Of a DNA stretch of 64,000 nt, positions 20,898-30,823 are shown in pieces. Location of the stretch: contig MNRQ01000023.1 in NCBI GenBank assembly GCA_001916035.1, positions 8,850 through 72,849 on the forward strand, given 5' to 3'. How positions within the stretch are numbered: the stretch's first letter is position 1; the number at the start of each line of letters is the position of its first letter. Origin of the DNA: Clostridium sp. 27_14 (GTDB lineage Bacteria > Bacillota > Clostridia > TANB77 > CAG-508). The translations under genes and the position numbers were made by a program. The notes beneath the pieces were generated by a model. The model did not search any database. It saw only the letters and a program-made list of their open reading frames with translations, and was not told where the DNA came from.

Positions 20898-21437
20898 ATG
20901 GATAAAAAAACAAAAATACTGTTAATAATACTAACAATACTAATTATTTTATTAGTTGGATATGTAACTTATATATTTGCAAAAAATAAAAATCAACAAA
21001 TAGACTCAAAAACAGAAAAAAACATAATAACAGAAAATATTACAGAAAAAAATGAAACAGAAAATGAAGAGAACAAAATAGAGGAAAACAATTCAAACGA
21101 AACAACTGGAAGTAATGAAAATAATGAAAAAGATACAGAAAAGCCAATAAGCTCAAATAATACAGAAAGCTCTCAAAACACTACTAACAACAATAATAAT
21201 GGAAAAGAGATAGTAGGAAAAGAAGAACAAGAAAGTAATAACGAAAACAGTGGAGTAAATCCAGAAGAAATAGCAATAAAACTAGCAAAAGAAAAATGGG
21301 GAGAAACAAGCGAAAGTTATGTATTCACAATAGATCAAATAGAGGGAAAAATATACCATGTAGCAGTAAATTCAAATGCACAAGTTATAGGATACATTGA
21401 TGTAAATATAGAAACAAAAACAGCAGTAGAAAGATAG
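20898..21437 (+). CDS. Hypothetical membrane-anchored protein with N/E-rich low-complexity linker
   Basis: N-terminal TM, N/E/T-rich region, about 60-aa C-terminal globular part. Good RBS (GGAAGGA). Confidence 0.5.
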   Translation: MDKKTKILLIILTILIILLVGYVTYIFAKNKNQQIDSKTEKNIITENITEKNETENEENKIEENNSNETTGSNENNEKDTEKPISSNNTESSQNTTNNNNNGKEIVGKEEQESNNENSGVNPEEIAIKLAKEKWGETSESYVFTIDQIEGKIYHVAVNSNAQVIGYIDVNIETKTAVER

Positions 21438-21533
21438 AAATTTTGCATAAAAATGCTAAAAAAATGAAAAAACAATCTGCAAAAATTAAAAACTCTTATA
21501 GCTATAGGTACCTTTAAGCAAAGTGAGAAAGGA

Positions 21534-21770
21534 ATGAAAATAAGAATGGAAGAAAAAAGTTTTGAGGAAAACATGGAACAATTAGAAAAAATAGTAACAG
21601 AATTGGAAAAAGGAGACTTGAATTTAGATGAATCAGTTAAAAAATTTGAACAAGGAATGAAAATATCAAAAAAATGTAATGATATATTAGAAAATGCAGA
21701 AAAGAAAATAACAATTTTACTAAAACAAGAAAATGGAATAAAAGAAGCAAATTTTGAAACTGAAGAGTAA
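21534..21770 (+). CDS. xseB: Exodeoxyribonuclease VII small subunit
   Basis: SFEENMEQLEKIVTELEKGDLNLDESVKKFEQGMKISKKC; the start could also be ATG 21546. Confidence 0.85.
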   Translation: MKIRMEEKSFEENMEQLEKIVTELEKGDLNLDESVKKFEQGMKISKKCNDILENAEKKITILLKQENGIKEANFETEE

Positions 21771-21788
21771 AAAAGAGGAAGGTCAAAT

Positions 21789-22229
21789 ATGGAAGTAATA
21801 GGAGAAATTTTAAAAAACAAATATATAGTAATACCATTGTTACTATGGTTTTGCATACAAATATTTAAAGTTATTTATGATTTAATAACAACAAAAAAAT
21901 TCAACTTTAAAAGAATTATGGGAGCAGGAGGAATGCCAAGTTCACATTCAGCAGTTGTTGTAGGACTTGCAACTCTAATAGGAAAATATGAAGGAATAAA
22001 CACACCAATCTTTGCAATAGCACTAATTTTTTCTTTTGTAGTTATGTATGACGCAGCAGGAGTAAGAAGAGCGGCTGGAAAACAAGCAAAATTATTAAAT
22101 CAGCTAGTTGAAACACCAGGATTATCAGGAATACAAGTATCAGAAAAACTAGTAGAAGTTTTAGGACACACACCAATTCAAGTCATAGTTGGAGCAGCAA
22201 TAGGAGTAATAGTAGGATTAATTGCATAA
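21789..22229 (+). CDS. Divergent PAP2 / DUF212 family membrane protein
   Basis: GGMPSSHSAVV, YDAAGVRRAAGKQA, GHTPIQV motifs. Confidence 0.8.
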   Translation: MEVIGEILKNKYIVIPLLLWFCIQIFKVIYDLITTKKFNFKRIMGAGGMPSSHSAVVVGLATLIGKYEGINTPIFAIALIFSFVVMYDAAGVRRAAGKQAKLLNQLVETPGLSGIQVSEKLVEVLGHTPIQVIVGAAIGVIVGLIA

Positions 22230-22271
22230 AATTATAAAAAAGATAAAATATAAAAAGAAAGGGTGAAGGAT

Positions 22272-23966
22272 ATGACAGATATAGAAATTGCTAAAAATGT
22301 AAAATTAAAAAACATCACAGAAATTGCAAAAAATATTGGAATAAAAGAAGATGAAATAGAAGTATATGGAAAATACAAGGCAAAAATATCTAATGAAGTA
22401 AGCAAAAGATTAAAAGAAAAAGAAAATGGGAAACTTATTTTAGTAACTGCCATAAACCCAACACCATTAGGAGAAGGAAAAACAACTGTATCAATAGCAA
22501 TAGCTGACGCATTAAACAAAATAGGAAAAAAAGCAATACTTGCATTAAGAGAACCATCACTAGGTCCAGTATTTGGAATAAAAGGAGGAGCAACAGGAGG
22601 AGGAATGTCACAAGTTGCACCAATGGAAGATATCAATTTACATTTTACAGGAGATATACATGCAATAACAACAGCAAATAATTTATTATCAAGTTTAATA
22701 GACAATCATATATATTTTGGCAATGAACTTAAAATAAAAAAAGTAACTTGGAAAAGATGTATTGATTTAAATGATAGACAATTAAGAATGATAGAAACAG
22801 GACTATCAGGAGAAAAAAATATAGAACCAAGAAAAGACGGATTTAACATAACAGTAGCATCAGAAATTATGGCGATTTTATGCTTATCAAAGGATATCAA
22901 AGAATTAAAAGAAAACTTAGGAAACATTATTATAGGATATAATGAAAAAGATGAGCCAGTATATGCTAAAGACTTAAATGCCCAAGGAGCAATGGCAGCA
23001 TTACTAAAAGATGCCATCAAACCAAACTTAGTGCAAACATTAGAACATACACCAGCAATAATACATGGAGGACCATTTGCAAATATAGCACATGGATGTA
23101 ACAGTATAATTGCAACAAAACTAGCTTTAAAACTAGGAGAATACACAGTAACAGAAGCAGGATTTGGCGCTGACTTAGGAGCAGAAAAATTTTTAGACAT
23201 AAAATGCAGAAAAGCAAAAATAAAACCTGATATAGCAGTCATAGTAACAACTATAAAAGCATTAAAATATCATGGTGGAGTAGAAAAAGAAGATATACAA
23301 TATGAAAATATAAAAGGAATACAAAATGGATTACACAACTTATTCACACATGTAGAAAATTTAAAAGTTCGTTATGGCCTAAAAGTAATAGTAGCATTAA
23401 ATAAATTTAATACAGACAAAGATGAAGAAATAGAATTTTTAGAAAAGGCTCTAAAAGAAAAAAATATAGAATTAAGTATAGTTGAAGGTTGGAAAAAAGG
23501 TGGAAATGGTGCAATAGACATTGCAAACAAAATAATAAAAGAAACAGAAAACGCCGAAGAATTTATAAACGAATTCTCGATGATAAGAAATGAAGTAAAC
23601 TATTTATACCCATTACGTGACGATATAAAAACAAAAATAGAAAAAATAGCAACTAAAATATATAGAGCAACAGAAGTTGAATTTTCAATAGAGGCAATAG
23701 AAAAAATAGAAAAGATAGAAAAAATGGGATATGCAAAATTACCAGTATGTATAGCAAAAACACAATATTCATTATCAGATGATTCAAAAAACTTACAAGA
23801 CAAAGGAAAATACAAAATAACAATAAGAGATATAGAGCTAAAAGCAGGGGCAGGATTTGCTGTAGCATTAGCAGGAAAAATAATGACAATGCCAGGATTA
23901 CCTAAAAAACCATCAGCAGAAAATATAGATATTGATGAAGATGAAAATATTAGTGGAATATTTTAA
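22272..23966 (+). CDS. fhs: Formate--tetrahydrofolate ligase
   Basis: DIEIAKNVKLKNI..., TPLGEGKTT P-loop, EPSLGPVFGIKGGA, C-terminal ISGIF; ATG 22272 preferred over GTG 22263. Confidence 0.95.
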   Translation: MTDIEIAKNVKLKNITEIAKNIGIKEDEIEVYGKYKAKISNEVSKRLKEKENGKLILVTAINPTPLGEGKTTVSIAIADALNKIGKKAILALREPSLGPVFGIKGGATGGGMSQVAPMEDINLHFTGDIHAITTANNLLSSLIDNHIYFGNELKIKKVTWKRCIDLNDRQLRMIETGLSGEKNIEPRKDGFNITVASEIMAILCLSKDIKELKENLGNIIIGYNEKDEPVYAKDLNAQGAMAALLKDAIKPNLVQTLEHTPAIIHGGPFANIAHGCNSIIATKLALKLGEYTVTEAGFGADLGAEKFLDIKCRKAKIKPDIAVIVTTIKALKYHGGVEKEDIQYENIKGIQNGLHNLFTHVENLKVRYGLKVIVALNKFNTDKDEEIEFLEKALKEKNIELSIVEGWKKGGNGAIDIANKIIKETENAEEFINEFSMIRNEVNYLYPLRDDIKTKIEKIATKIYRATEVEFSIEAIEKIEKIEKMGYAKLPVCIAKTQYSLSDDSKNLQDKGKYKITIRDIELKAGAGFAVALAGKIMTMPGLPKKPSAENIDIDEDENISGIF

Positions 23967-24110
23967 GTTTCAAAATTATCAATAATAGAAAATAAAAAAA
24001 TAAACCAAAGATAAAAACAAAAAGTTGAAAACAAAAAATATATTTAACATATATATAATGAATAAAAAACCTGACTTTTCAAATAATAAAAAAGAAAGTG
24101 AGGTTTTTTT

Positions 24111-25046
24111 ATGTATAATTTTAGAACAGATTTAGCAAATGAAAGAAGAGACATCTACAAAAAGGCAAATCAAATAGAAAACGAAATAGAAGGAATAGAA
24201 AGCGAAATAGAAAAAGTAAATGAAACAATAACAATAGAAAGGGTAAAAATAACAAACAATCAAGGAGAAAAAGCAATAGGAAAGCCAATAGGAAATTATA
24301 TAACAATAGATGTAAAAAAACTAAGAATAGCACAACAAGAAGAGATAGAAAAAACAGCAGATGTATTACAAAAAGAACTAAAAAAAATAATAGATATTCA
24401 TGTAGACAAAGAAGGATCAGCACTAGTAGTGGGACTAGGAAATATATATGTAACTCCAGACAGTTTAGGACCAAAAGTAATAAATGAAATAGAAGTAACA
24501 AGACATGTAATAAAATATTTACCACAATATGTTGAAGAAGGAACAAGAGAAATAAGTGCAATATCACCAGGAGTTTTAGGAACTACAGGCATAGAAACAT
24601 TAGAAATATTAAAAGGAATTGTAGAAAATGTAAAACCAAAAATAATAATTGTAATAGACGCACTAGCATCAAGAAGTATAGAAAGAATAAGTAGTACAAT
24701 ACAACTATCAGACACAGGAATAGTACCAGGAGCAGGTGTAGAAAATACAAGAGCAGAAATAAGCGAAAAAACATTAAAAGTGCCGGTAATAGCCCTGGGA
24801 ATACCCACAGTTGTTGAAACAGCAGTTCTAGTAAATGACTGTTTAGATTTATTAATAGAAAAATTACAAGAAGAAGCAAAATCAAATGACATGTTAAATA
24901 AAATAAAACAAGAAGATAATTATAAAGAAATAAAAGAAGCATTAATGCCAAAAGAGTACAACCTAATAGTCACACCAAAAGAAATAGACGACTTAATAGA
25001 AAATATGAAAGACGTTGTAGCTATGGGAATTAATAATAGTTTATAA
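24111..25046 (+). CDS. gpr: Germination (spore) protease GPR
   Basis: FRTDLANERRDI..., VVGLGNIYVTPDSLGP, IIVIDALASRSIERISSTIQLSDTGIVPGAGV. Confidence 0.9.
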   Translation: MYNFRTDLANERRDIYKKANQIENEIEGIESEIEKVNETITIERVKITNNQGEKAIGKPIGNYITIDVKKLRIAQQEEIEKTADVLQKELKKIIDIHVDKEGSALVVGLGNIYVTPDSLGPKVINEIEVTRHVIKYLPQYVEEGTREISAISPGVLGTTGIETLEILKGIVENVKPKIIIVIDALASRSIERISSTIQLSDTGIVPGAGVENTRAEISEKTLKVPVIALGIPTVVETAVLVNDCLDLLIEKLQEEAKSNDMLNKIKQEDNYKEIKEALMPKEYNLIVTPKEIDDLIENMKDVVAMGINNSL

Positions 25047-25124
25047 TTAAAATTATAAAAACTATTGCAAAAATAAATTTAGTAATATATAATTTAGCCA
25101 AATAAAATAAGAGGAGGAATTATT

Positions 25125-25952
25125 ATGGCAGAAAATGAAGAAAAAAAGAATTTACAAGAAAATGAAGAACAAAAAAACACTGAAAACAATGAAGTTAATG
25201 AAGTAAAAACAGAAAAAGAGGAGGCAAAATTCACACAGGTAAAACCAAGTGAAAAAACAGAAAAAAAAGAAGAAAAGAAAAGTACAGAAAATAATCAAGC
25301 CAAGAAACCAACTAAAACAAAAGAAGAAAAAACAAAAAACGAAAAAGTAAAAAAAGAAAAACCAGTTAAAGAAAAAGGAAAGAAAAGAAATATATTTGCA
25401 AGAATAGTAGCAATAATAATATTATTAGCAATAGTAATAGGAATAATAGTAATTGCTCTACCATCACCAGCTAGAGCATTAGAAGAAATGTTTAGAGATT
25501 TAAAAGCAGGAAAAATGTCAGATATTGATAAATATGTAGACTATAACAGCTTAATTGATATACCAGCATTAGGAAACCTAGAAGGAGCAGACAGCACAGA
25601 TAATGACAAAATTTTATATGAAGATTTGAAATGGAACATAAAGAAAATTGAAAAAAATGAAGAAGAAGCAAAAATAGAAGTAGAAATAACAAACAAGAAT
25701 TATAAAAATATCTTCCAAAACTTTACTAAAAAAGTAGTTCAAAAAATATTAAATAATGAAAAACCATCAGACGAAGAAGCGGGACAATATCTAATGGAAG
25801 AATTAAAAAATAAAGAAGTAGGACAAACAACAACAACAAAAGAAATTACAATAAGAAAAGAAAAAGGAAAATGGAAAGTAGTTGTAGATGAAAATTTACA
25901 AAATGCAATATTTCCAGGATTATCAGAAGCTGTAAATGGATATGGTGAGTAA
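25125..25952 (+). CDS. Hypothetical membrane protein (K/E-rich N-terminus, one TM, extracytoplasmic domain)
   Basis: GGAGG RBS; KEEK-rich 90 aa; TM IVAIIILLAIVIGIIVIAL; about 160-aa C-terminal domain. Confidence 0.5.
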   Translation: MAENEEKKNLQENEEQKNTENNEVNEVKTEKEEAKFTQVKPSEKTEKKEEKKSTENNQAKKPTKTKEEKTKNEKVKKEKPVKEKGKKRNIFARIVAIIILLAIVIGIIVIALPSPARALEEMFRDLKAGKMSDIDKYVDYNSLIDIPALGNLEGADSTDNDKILYEDLKWNIKKIEKNEEEAKIEVEITNKNYKNIFQNFTKKVVQKILNNEKPSDEEAGQYLMEELKNKEVGQTTTTKEITIRKEKGKWKVVVDENLQNAIFPGLSEAVNGYGE

Positions 25953-25991
25953 TTGCTATAATCAAGAATTTTGAAAAATTAAGAAAAAAAC

Positions 25992-26020
25992 TTGCAATTT
26001 GCCAAATAATTTGGTACAAT
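25992..26020 (+). promoter_or_regulatory. Sigma-A promoter TTGCAA-17-(TGg)TACAAT for rpsB-tsf
   Basis: TTGCAA 25992-25997, extended -10 TGGTACAAT ending 26020. About 105-nt leader with the GCTAGC-aaaa-GCTAG hairpin. Confidence 0.65.
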
Positions 26021-26130
26021 ATGTAAGGTAAAAAACACATAAAGCCAATTTGAAAGGGTGTGCTAGCAAAAGCTAGTCCGGTTCAAGTGCAAACTTTATG
26101 GAAGTAAAAACAAAAAGGGAGGAATTAAAA

Positions 26131-26904
26131 ATGGCAGTAGTTGCAATGAAACAATTACTAGAAGCAGGTGTTCACTTTGGACATCAAACTAGAAGATGGG
26201 ATCCAAAAATGGCTGAATATATATTCCAAGCCAGAAATGGAATACATATCATCGATTTACAAAAGACATCAAAAAAATTAGATGAGGCTTATGCATTCTT
26301 AAAAGAACAAGCTGAAGAAGGAAAAACAGTATTATTTGTAGGAACAAAAAAACAAGCTCAAGAATGTATGAAAGAAGCAGCAATCAAATGTGGAATGTAC
26401 TATGTTGATCAAAGATGGTTAGGAGGAATGTTAACAAACTTCGAAACAATCAGAACAAGAGTACAAAGATTAAAAGACTTAGAAGCAATGCAAGAAGATG
26501 GAACATTTGATGTATTACCTAAAAAAGAAGTAATCCTATTAAAGAAAGAAATGGAAAAACTAGAAAGAAACTTAGGTGGAATCAAAGACATGGAAGAATT
26601 ACCAGGAGTTATATTCTTAGTAGATCCTAAAAAAGAAAGAATAGCTATATTAGAAGCTAGAAAATTAGATATACCAGTTATTGGTTTAGTAGACACAAAC
26701 TGCAATCCAGAAGATGTAGACTATGCTATACCTGGAAATGACGATGCAATAAGAGCTGTAAAATTAATAGCAGATGTTATGGCAAATGCAGTTATTGAAG
26801 GAAGACAAGGAGAAAGCTTCGAAAATGCAGAAGAACAAGATATATCAGAAGAAGCAACTGACATGGAACAAGTAGTAGAAGCAACAGAAGAAACAGCAGA
26901 ATAA
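26131..26904 (+). CDS. rpsB: 30S ribosomal protein S2
   Basis: [27 protein letters not shown]; GGGAGG RBS before ATG 26131 (the track start 26098 lies upstream of the RBS). Confidence 0.97.
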   Translation: MAVVAMKQLLEAGVHFGHQTRRWDPKMAEYIFQARNGIHIIDLQKTSKKLDEAYAFLKEQAEEGKTVLFVGTKKQAQECMKEAAIKCGMYYVDQRWLGGMLTNFETIRTRVQRLKDLEAMQEDGTFDVLPKKEVILLKKEMEKLERNLGGIKDMEELPGVIFLVDPKKERIAILEARKLDIPVIGLVDTNCNPEDVDYAIPGNDDAIRAVKLIADVMANAVIEGRQGESFENAEEQDISEEATDMEQVVEATEETAE

Positions 26905-26973
26905 TAAATAAAGAATATATATTAGGAAAGATATAAACTTCTCTAATAAGCAAAACTATATAGTTAATATAAA

Positions 26974-27026
26974 GGGGCGAGCATCGCTCGTACGAAAAAA
27001 ATTCGGACGTAGCGTAGCTCGCTTTA
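26974..27026 (+). other. GC-rich structured element between rpsB and tsf (possible internal attenuator)
   Basis: GCGAGC (26977-26982) pairs with GCTCGC (27017-27022), with inner CGAGC-atc-GCTCG, followed by TTTAG. Strongly GC-rich relative to its surroundings. Confidence 0.45.
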
Positions 27027-27049
27027 GTAAATATAAGGAGGAATTTAAG

Positions 27050-27928
27050 ATGGTTACAGCAAGTTTAGTTAAAGAATTAAGAGAAAAAACAGGAGCAGGA
27101 ATGATGGACTGCAAAAAAGTTTTAACAGAAACAGATGGTGATATGGAAAAAGCAATCGAACTATTAAGAGAAAGAGGAATTGCAAAAGCAGCTAAAAAAT
27201 CAGGAAGAGTTGCAGCAGAAGGATTAGTAGAAGCTGTTATATCAGAAGATGGAAAAACAGGAGCAATAATAGAAGTAAACTCAGAAACAGACTTTGTTGC
27301 TAAAAACGAAGAATTTAAAACATTTGTAGAAAATGTAGCAAACCAAGTATTAAAAACAAATCCAAAAGATGTAGAAGAATTATTAGCTCAACCAGCTATG
27401 TTTGAAGAAGGAAAAACAGTACAAGAATCATTAGTTGGAAAAATAGCAACAATAGGAGAAAACCTAACAATCAGAAGATTTGCAAGATTTGAATCAGAAG
27501 GATTAGTTGAAAAATATATCCATGGAGATGGAAAAATAGCTGTATTAGTTAACATGAAAAAAGGTGACAGCACAGTAGCAAAAGATATTTGTATGCAAAT
27601 TGCAGCTGCAAGACCAGAATATGTAAGAAGAGAAGAAGTTCCAGAAGAAAGAGTAGCAAAAGAGATGGAAATACTAAAAGTTCAAACAATGAATGAAGGA
27701 AAACCAGAAGCAATAGCAGAAAAAATAGTACAAGGAAGAATAGGAAAATTCTATGAAGAAATTTGCTTAGTAGACCAAGCATTTGTAAAAGATCCAAATA
27801 TGAAAATCTCTGAATTATTAAAACAAAAAGATGCAGAAGTTGCAGAATTTGCAAGATTCGAAAAAGGTGAAGGAATCGAGAAAAAAGAAGAAAACTTTGC
27901 AGAAGAAGTTATGAAACAAATAAAATAA
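27050..27928 (+). CDS. tsf: Translation elongation factor Ts
   Basis: LVKELREKTGAGMMDCKKVL UBA domain, SETDFVAKNEEF. Confidence 0.95.
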   Translation: MVTASLVKELREKTGAGMMDCKKVLTETDGDMEKAIELLRERGIAKAAKKSGRVAAEGLVEAVISEDGKTGAIIEVNSETDFVAKNEEFKTFVENVANQVLKTNPKDVEELLAQPAMFEEGKTVQESLVGKIATIGENLTIRRFARFESEGLVEKYIHGDGKIAVLVNMKKGDSTVAKDICMQIAAARPEYVRREEVPEERVAKEMEILKVQTMNEGKPEAIAEKIVQGRIGKFYEEICLVDQAFVKDPNMKISELLKQKDAEVAEFARFEKGEGIEKKEENFAEEVMKQIK

Positions 27929-27993
27929 TTAATAAATTAATATCTTAAGAAAAAAGTATAACTTTTCTAAGATATAGCAAATCTAAAAATATA

Positions 27994-28027
27994 AAAAGCA
28001 TATCAGAATTAGTTTGATATGCTTTTT
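27994..28027 (+). terminator. tsf intrinsic terminator
   Basis: AAAAGCATATCA-loop-TGATATGCTTTT; a second weaker hairpin at 27941-27973. Confidence 0.8.
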
Positions 28028-28117
28028 ACAATTAATATTATCAATTCTTATAATAAAAAAATAATTAAAATACATAAAAAGACTACATTCAAAAATAAAA
28101 ATTAATAAGAAAGCAAA

Positions 28118-28146
28118 TTGACTTTACATAAAAGCTATGATATAAT
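28118..28146 (+). promoter_or_regulatory. Sigma-A promoter TTGACT-17-TATAAT of the DHH islet
   Basis: TTGACT 28118-28123, TATAAT 28141-28146. Confidence 0.6.
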
Positions 28147-28256
28147 GGACCAAAAATTGAAAGGAGTATGATTATAGTAGCAATTGAAACCAATCATAAA
28201 AAAGTGTAAAAAAAGAAACTGTAAAAATCAAATAAGAAAAAAGAGAGGACAACATT

Positions 28257-29176
28257 ATGAAGAACAACAACATTAGAGAATTTGCACGGAAAATGGAAGG
28301 CAAAAAACTTACAATTTTAGGACATGAAAATATTGATGTAGACGCCTTTTTATCAGGGGTACTCTTATCAAGACTTTTTGACTTTTTAAAAATCGACAAT
28401 GAATTCATTGTATTAGAAGAAGTAGCAGAAGGTAATGAAACCTATGATATTGTCAAAAAATTATTTAACATTGATATGAAAGACTGGGAAAGAACCGGCG
28501 AAGACGCAGAACGTCTGCTTTTTTTGGAAGACCATTTTGAGACTGTTCATGCAGGAAAGGTGGTAGGCTGTATAGACCATCACCCAACTTCTAAAAATGT
28601 AAGTTTTGATTACGAAAAGAGACGTAATTCATCTGCTAGCTCATTTCTTATCTATGAGCTGATGCTTGAAGTAAGATACCCTGTTACAACAGAAGATATC
28701 GAAATGATTATCTTCTCAATGATGATTGATACCACAGCTTTCAAAAGCAGCAAAGCAATTCAAAGTGAAGTAGAAGTAGCTGAAAAATTAGCAACTAAAT
28801 ACAAGTTGGATTATGAGGAGCTGATTAAAGTTGCATTGTGTTTAACACCAATTGACAAAATGTCAATCGAAAAAATTACATCAAATGGTGAAAAAAGCTA
28901 TAACTACAATGGAAACGCAGTAAAATCAGCATATTTACAGCTGTATGGTATGCCATCAAAACAGAAAATAGAAGAATGGAAAGGCTTCTTAGCAAAAAGA
29001 GTTAAAAAAGAAGGATTGAAAATGTTTGTTTTCATTATCTTTGAAACAAAGGGTAACTTTACAATTGAGTATCAGATTATGACACACATCTGTGCAAAAT
29101 GAAAATACATGACGGCATCTTATCAAGGGGAAAAGATATCATGCCAAAAATTGAAAAAATATTTGATAAACAGTAA
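28257..29176 (+). pseudogene. DHH/DHHA2-family phosphoesterase (family II pyrophosphatase-like) with 3' frameshift
   Basis: Motifs ILGHENIDVDA and IDHHP. The listed ORF stops at 29102, but the conserved DHHA2 C-terminus (DGILSRGKDIMPKIEKIF) continues in another frame to TAA 29174-29176. Confidence 0.6.
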
Positions 29177-29207
29177 AAAATCAAATTCACTAATTAGTGG
29201 AGATTAG

Positions 29208-29234
29208 AAAAGGAGCTTTTTAAGCTCCTTTTTG
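29208..29234 (+). terminator. Terminator of DHH islet
   Basis: AAAGGAGCTT-ttt-AAGCTCCTTT plus T run. Confidence 0.85.
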
Positions 29235-29392
29235 TAATATCAACAGATATATTCAAAAATATTAAGAAAATCTTAAAAAACTACTGTACATTTTTCAAAT
29301 TTATGATAAAATGGGTGTGATAAAAAATATGCAATAATAAAAGTAAAAAAGAAGTAGATAATTTGCATAAATATAAAGGGAGAGTGAAAAAA

Positions 29393-30100
29393 TTGTCAGA
29401 ACCAAAGTATAAAAGAGTACTACTAAAATTAAGCGGAGAAGTATTAGCAGGAGAACAAAAAACAGGAGTTAATGCAGAAATAGTAGGAAAAATCTGTGAT
29501 AAAATAAAAGAAGTAGTAGAAATGGGAGTACAAGTAGCAATAGTAGTAGGAGGAGGAAACTTCTGGAGAGGGAGAAATGGACATCAAATGGAAAGAACAA
29601 CAGCAGACTATATGGGAATGTTAGCAACAGCAATGAATGGATTAGCACTACAAGATGCATTAGAAGCAAGAGGAGTATATTCAAGAGTACAAACAGCAAT
29701 AGAAATGAGAGAAATAGCAGAACCATTTATACAAAGAAAAGCAGACAAACATTTAAACAGAGGAAGAGTAGTAATATTTGCTTGCGGAACAGGTCATCCA
29801 TATTTTACAACAGACACGGCAGCAGTATTAAGAGCAACAGAAATTGGAGCAGACATAATTTTATTAGGAAAAAATATAGATGCAGTATATTCAGCAGATC
29901 CAAAATTAGACCCAACAGCAGAAAAATATGAAGAAATATCATATATGGAAGTATTAGAAAAAGATTTAAAAGTAATGGATTCAACAGCAACAGCATTATG
30001 CAGAGATAATAATATGCCACTACTAGTATTTGGTATATCTGACCCAGAAAATATAGTAAAAGCAGTAAAAGGAGAAAAAATAGGAACAATAGTAAAATAA
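29393..30100 (+). CDS. pyrH: UMP kinase
   Basis: [29 protein letters not shown]. Start is probably TTG 29393 (8 nt after GGGAGAG) or GTG 29384. Confidence 0.92.
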   Translation: MSEPKYKRVLLKLSGEVLAGEQKTGVNAEIVGKICDKIKEVVEMGVQVAIVVGGGNFWRGRNGHQMERTTADYMGMLATAMNGLALQDALEARGVYSRVQTAIEMREIAEPFIQRKADKHLNRGRVVIFACGTGHPYFTTDTAAVLRATEIGADIILLGKNIDAVYSADPKLDPTAEKYEEISYMEVLEKDLKVMDSTATALCRDNNMPLLVFGISDPENIVKAVKGEKIGTIVK

Positions 30101-30195
30101 TTAAAAATATAACTAAAAAAATTAGAGAAAACTAATACAATATAAAAAATAAAAAGAAAAGCAAAAAGAACAAAAAGATTTAGGAGGAATTAAAA

Positions 30196-30744
30196 ATGGA
30201 TTATACAAATATAAAAGAAAAAATGGAAAAAACAATAAGTGTTTTTTCTGAAAAACTATCAGAAGTAAGAGCAGGAAGAGCAAATCCTGCAATATTAAAC
30301 AAAGTAAAAATAGATTACTATGGAACACCAACACCAATTAATCAAGTAGCAGGTATATCTGTACCAGAAGCAAGATTAATAGTAATTCAACCATGGGATA
30401 TAAGTGTATTAAAAGAAATAGAAAAAGCAATTTTAACATCAGATATAGGAATAAACCCAAATAATGATGGAAAAGTAATACGTTTAGCATTTCCAGAACT
30501 AAATGAAGAAAGAAGAAAAGAATTAGTAAAAGAAATCAAAAAAATGGCAGAAGAAGCAAAAGTAGCAGTAAGAGCTAGTAGACGTGATGGAATAGAAAAC
30601 GCAAAATCTGAACAAAAAGAAGGAAATATTACAGAAGATGAACTAAAACAAGCAGAAGTTGAAATTCAAAAAATAACAGATGCAAAAGTTGAAGAAATAG
30701 ACAAAATTTTAGCAGACAAAGAAAAAGAAATAATGACTATATAA
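30196..30744 (+). CDS. frr: Ribosome recycling factor
   Basis: RAGRANPAILNKVKIDYYGTPTPINQVA, PELNEERRKELVK. Confidence 0.95.
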   Translation: MDYTNIKEKMEKTISVFSEKLSEVRAGRANPAILNKVKIDYYGTPTPINQVAGISVPEARLIVIQPWDISVLKEIEKAILTSDIGINPNNDGKVIRLAFPELNEERRKELVKEIKKMAEEAKVAVRASRRDGIENAKSEQKEGNITEDELKQAEVEIQKITDAKVEEIDKILADKEKEIMTI

Positions 30745-30823
30745 TAAAAACAAAAAACAACATTATTAAATTATTATAAATATAATAATAAAAAGGCTAA
30801 CAAAAAATAAGGGAATGAAATCA

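Noticed and set aside
23990-24110. Forespore (sigma-F/G) promoters upstream of gpr and upstream of sspH (51231-51330, minus strand).
   Set aside because: Only loose matches were found (e.g. TCATA-N14-GGATATACT for sspH), and they cannot be distinguished from background in DNA this AT-rich.
28168-28209. 13-codon mini-ORF (MIIVAIETNHKKV) in the DHH gene leader as a leader peptide.
   Set aside because: The GGAG is only 1 nt from the ATG, and no attenuator structure is linked to it.
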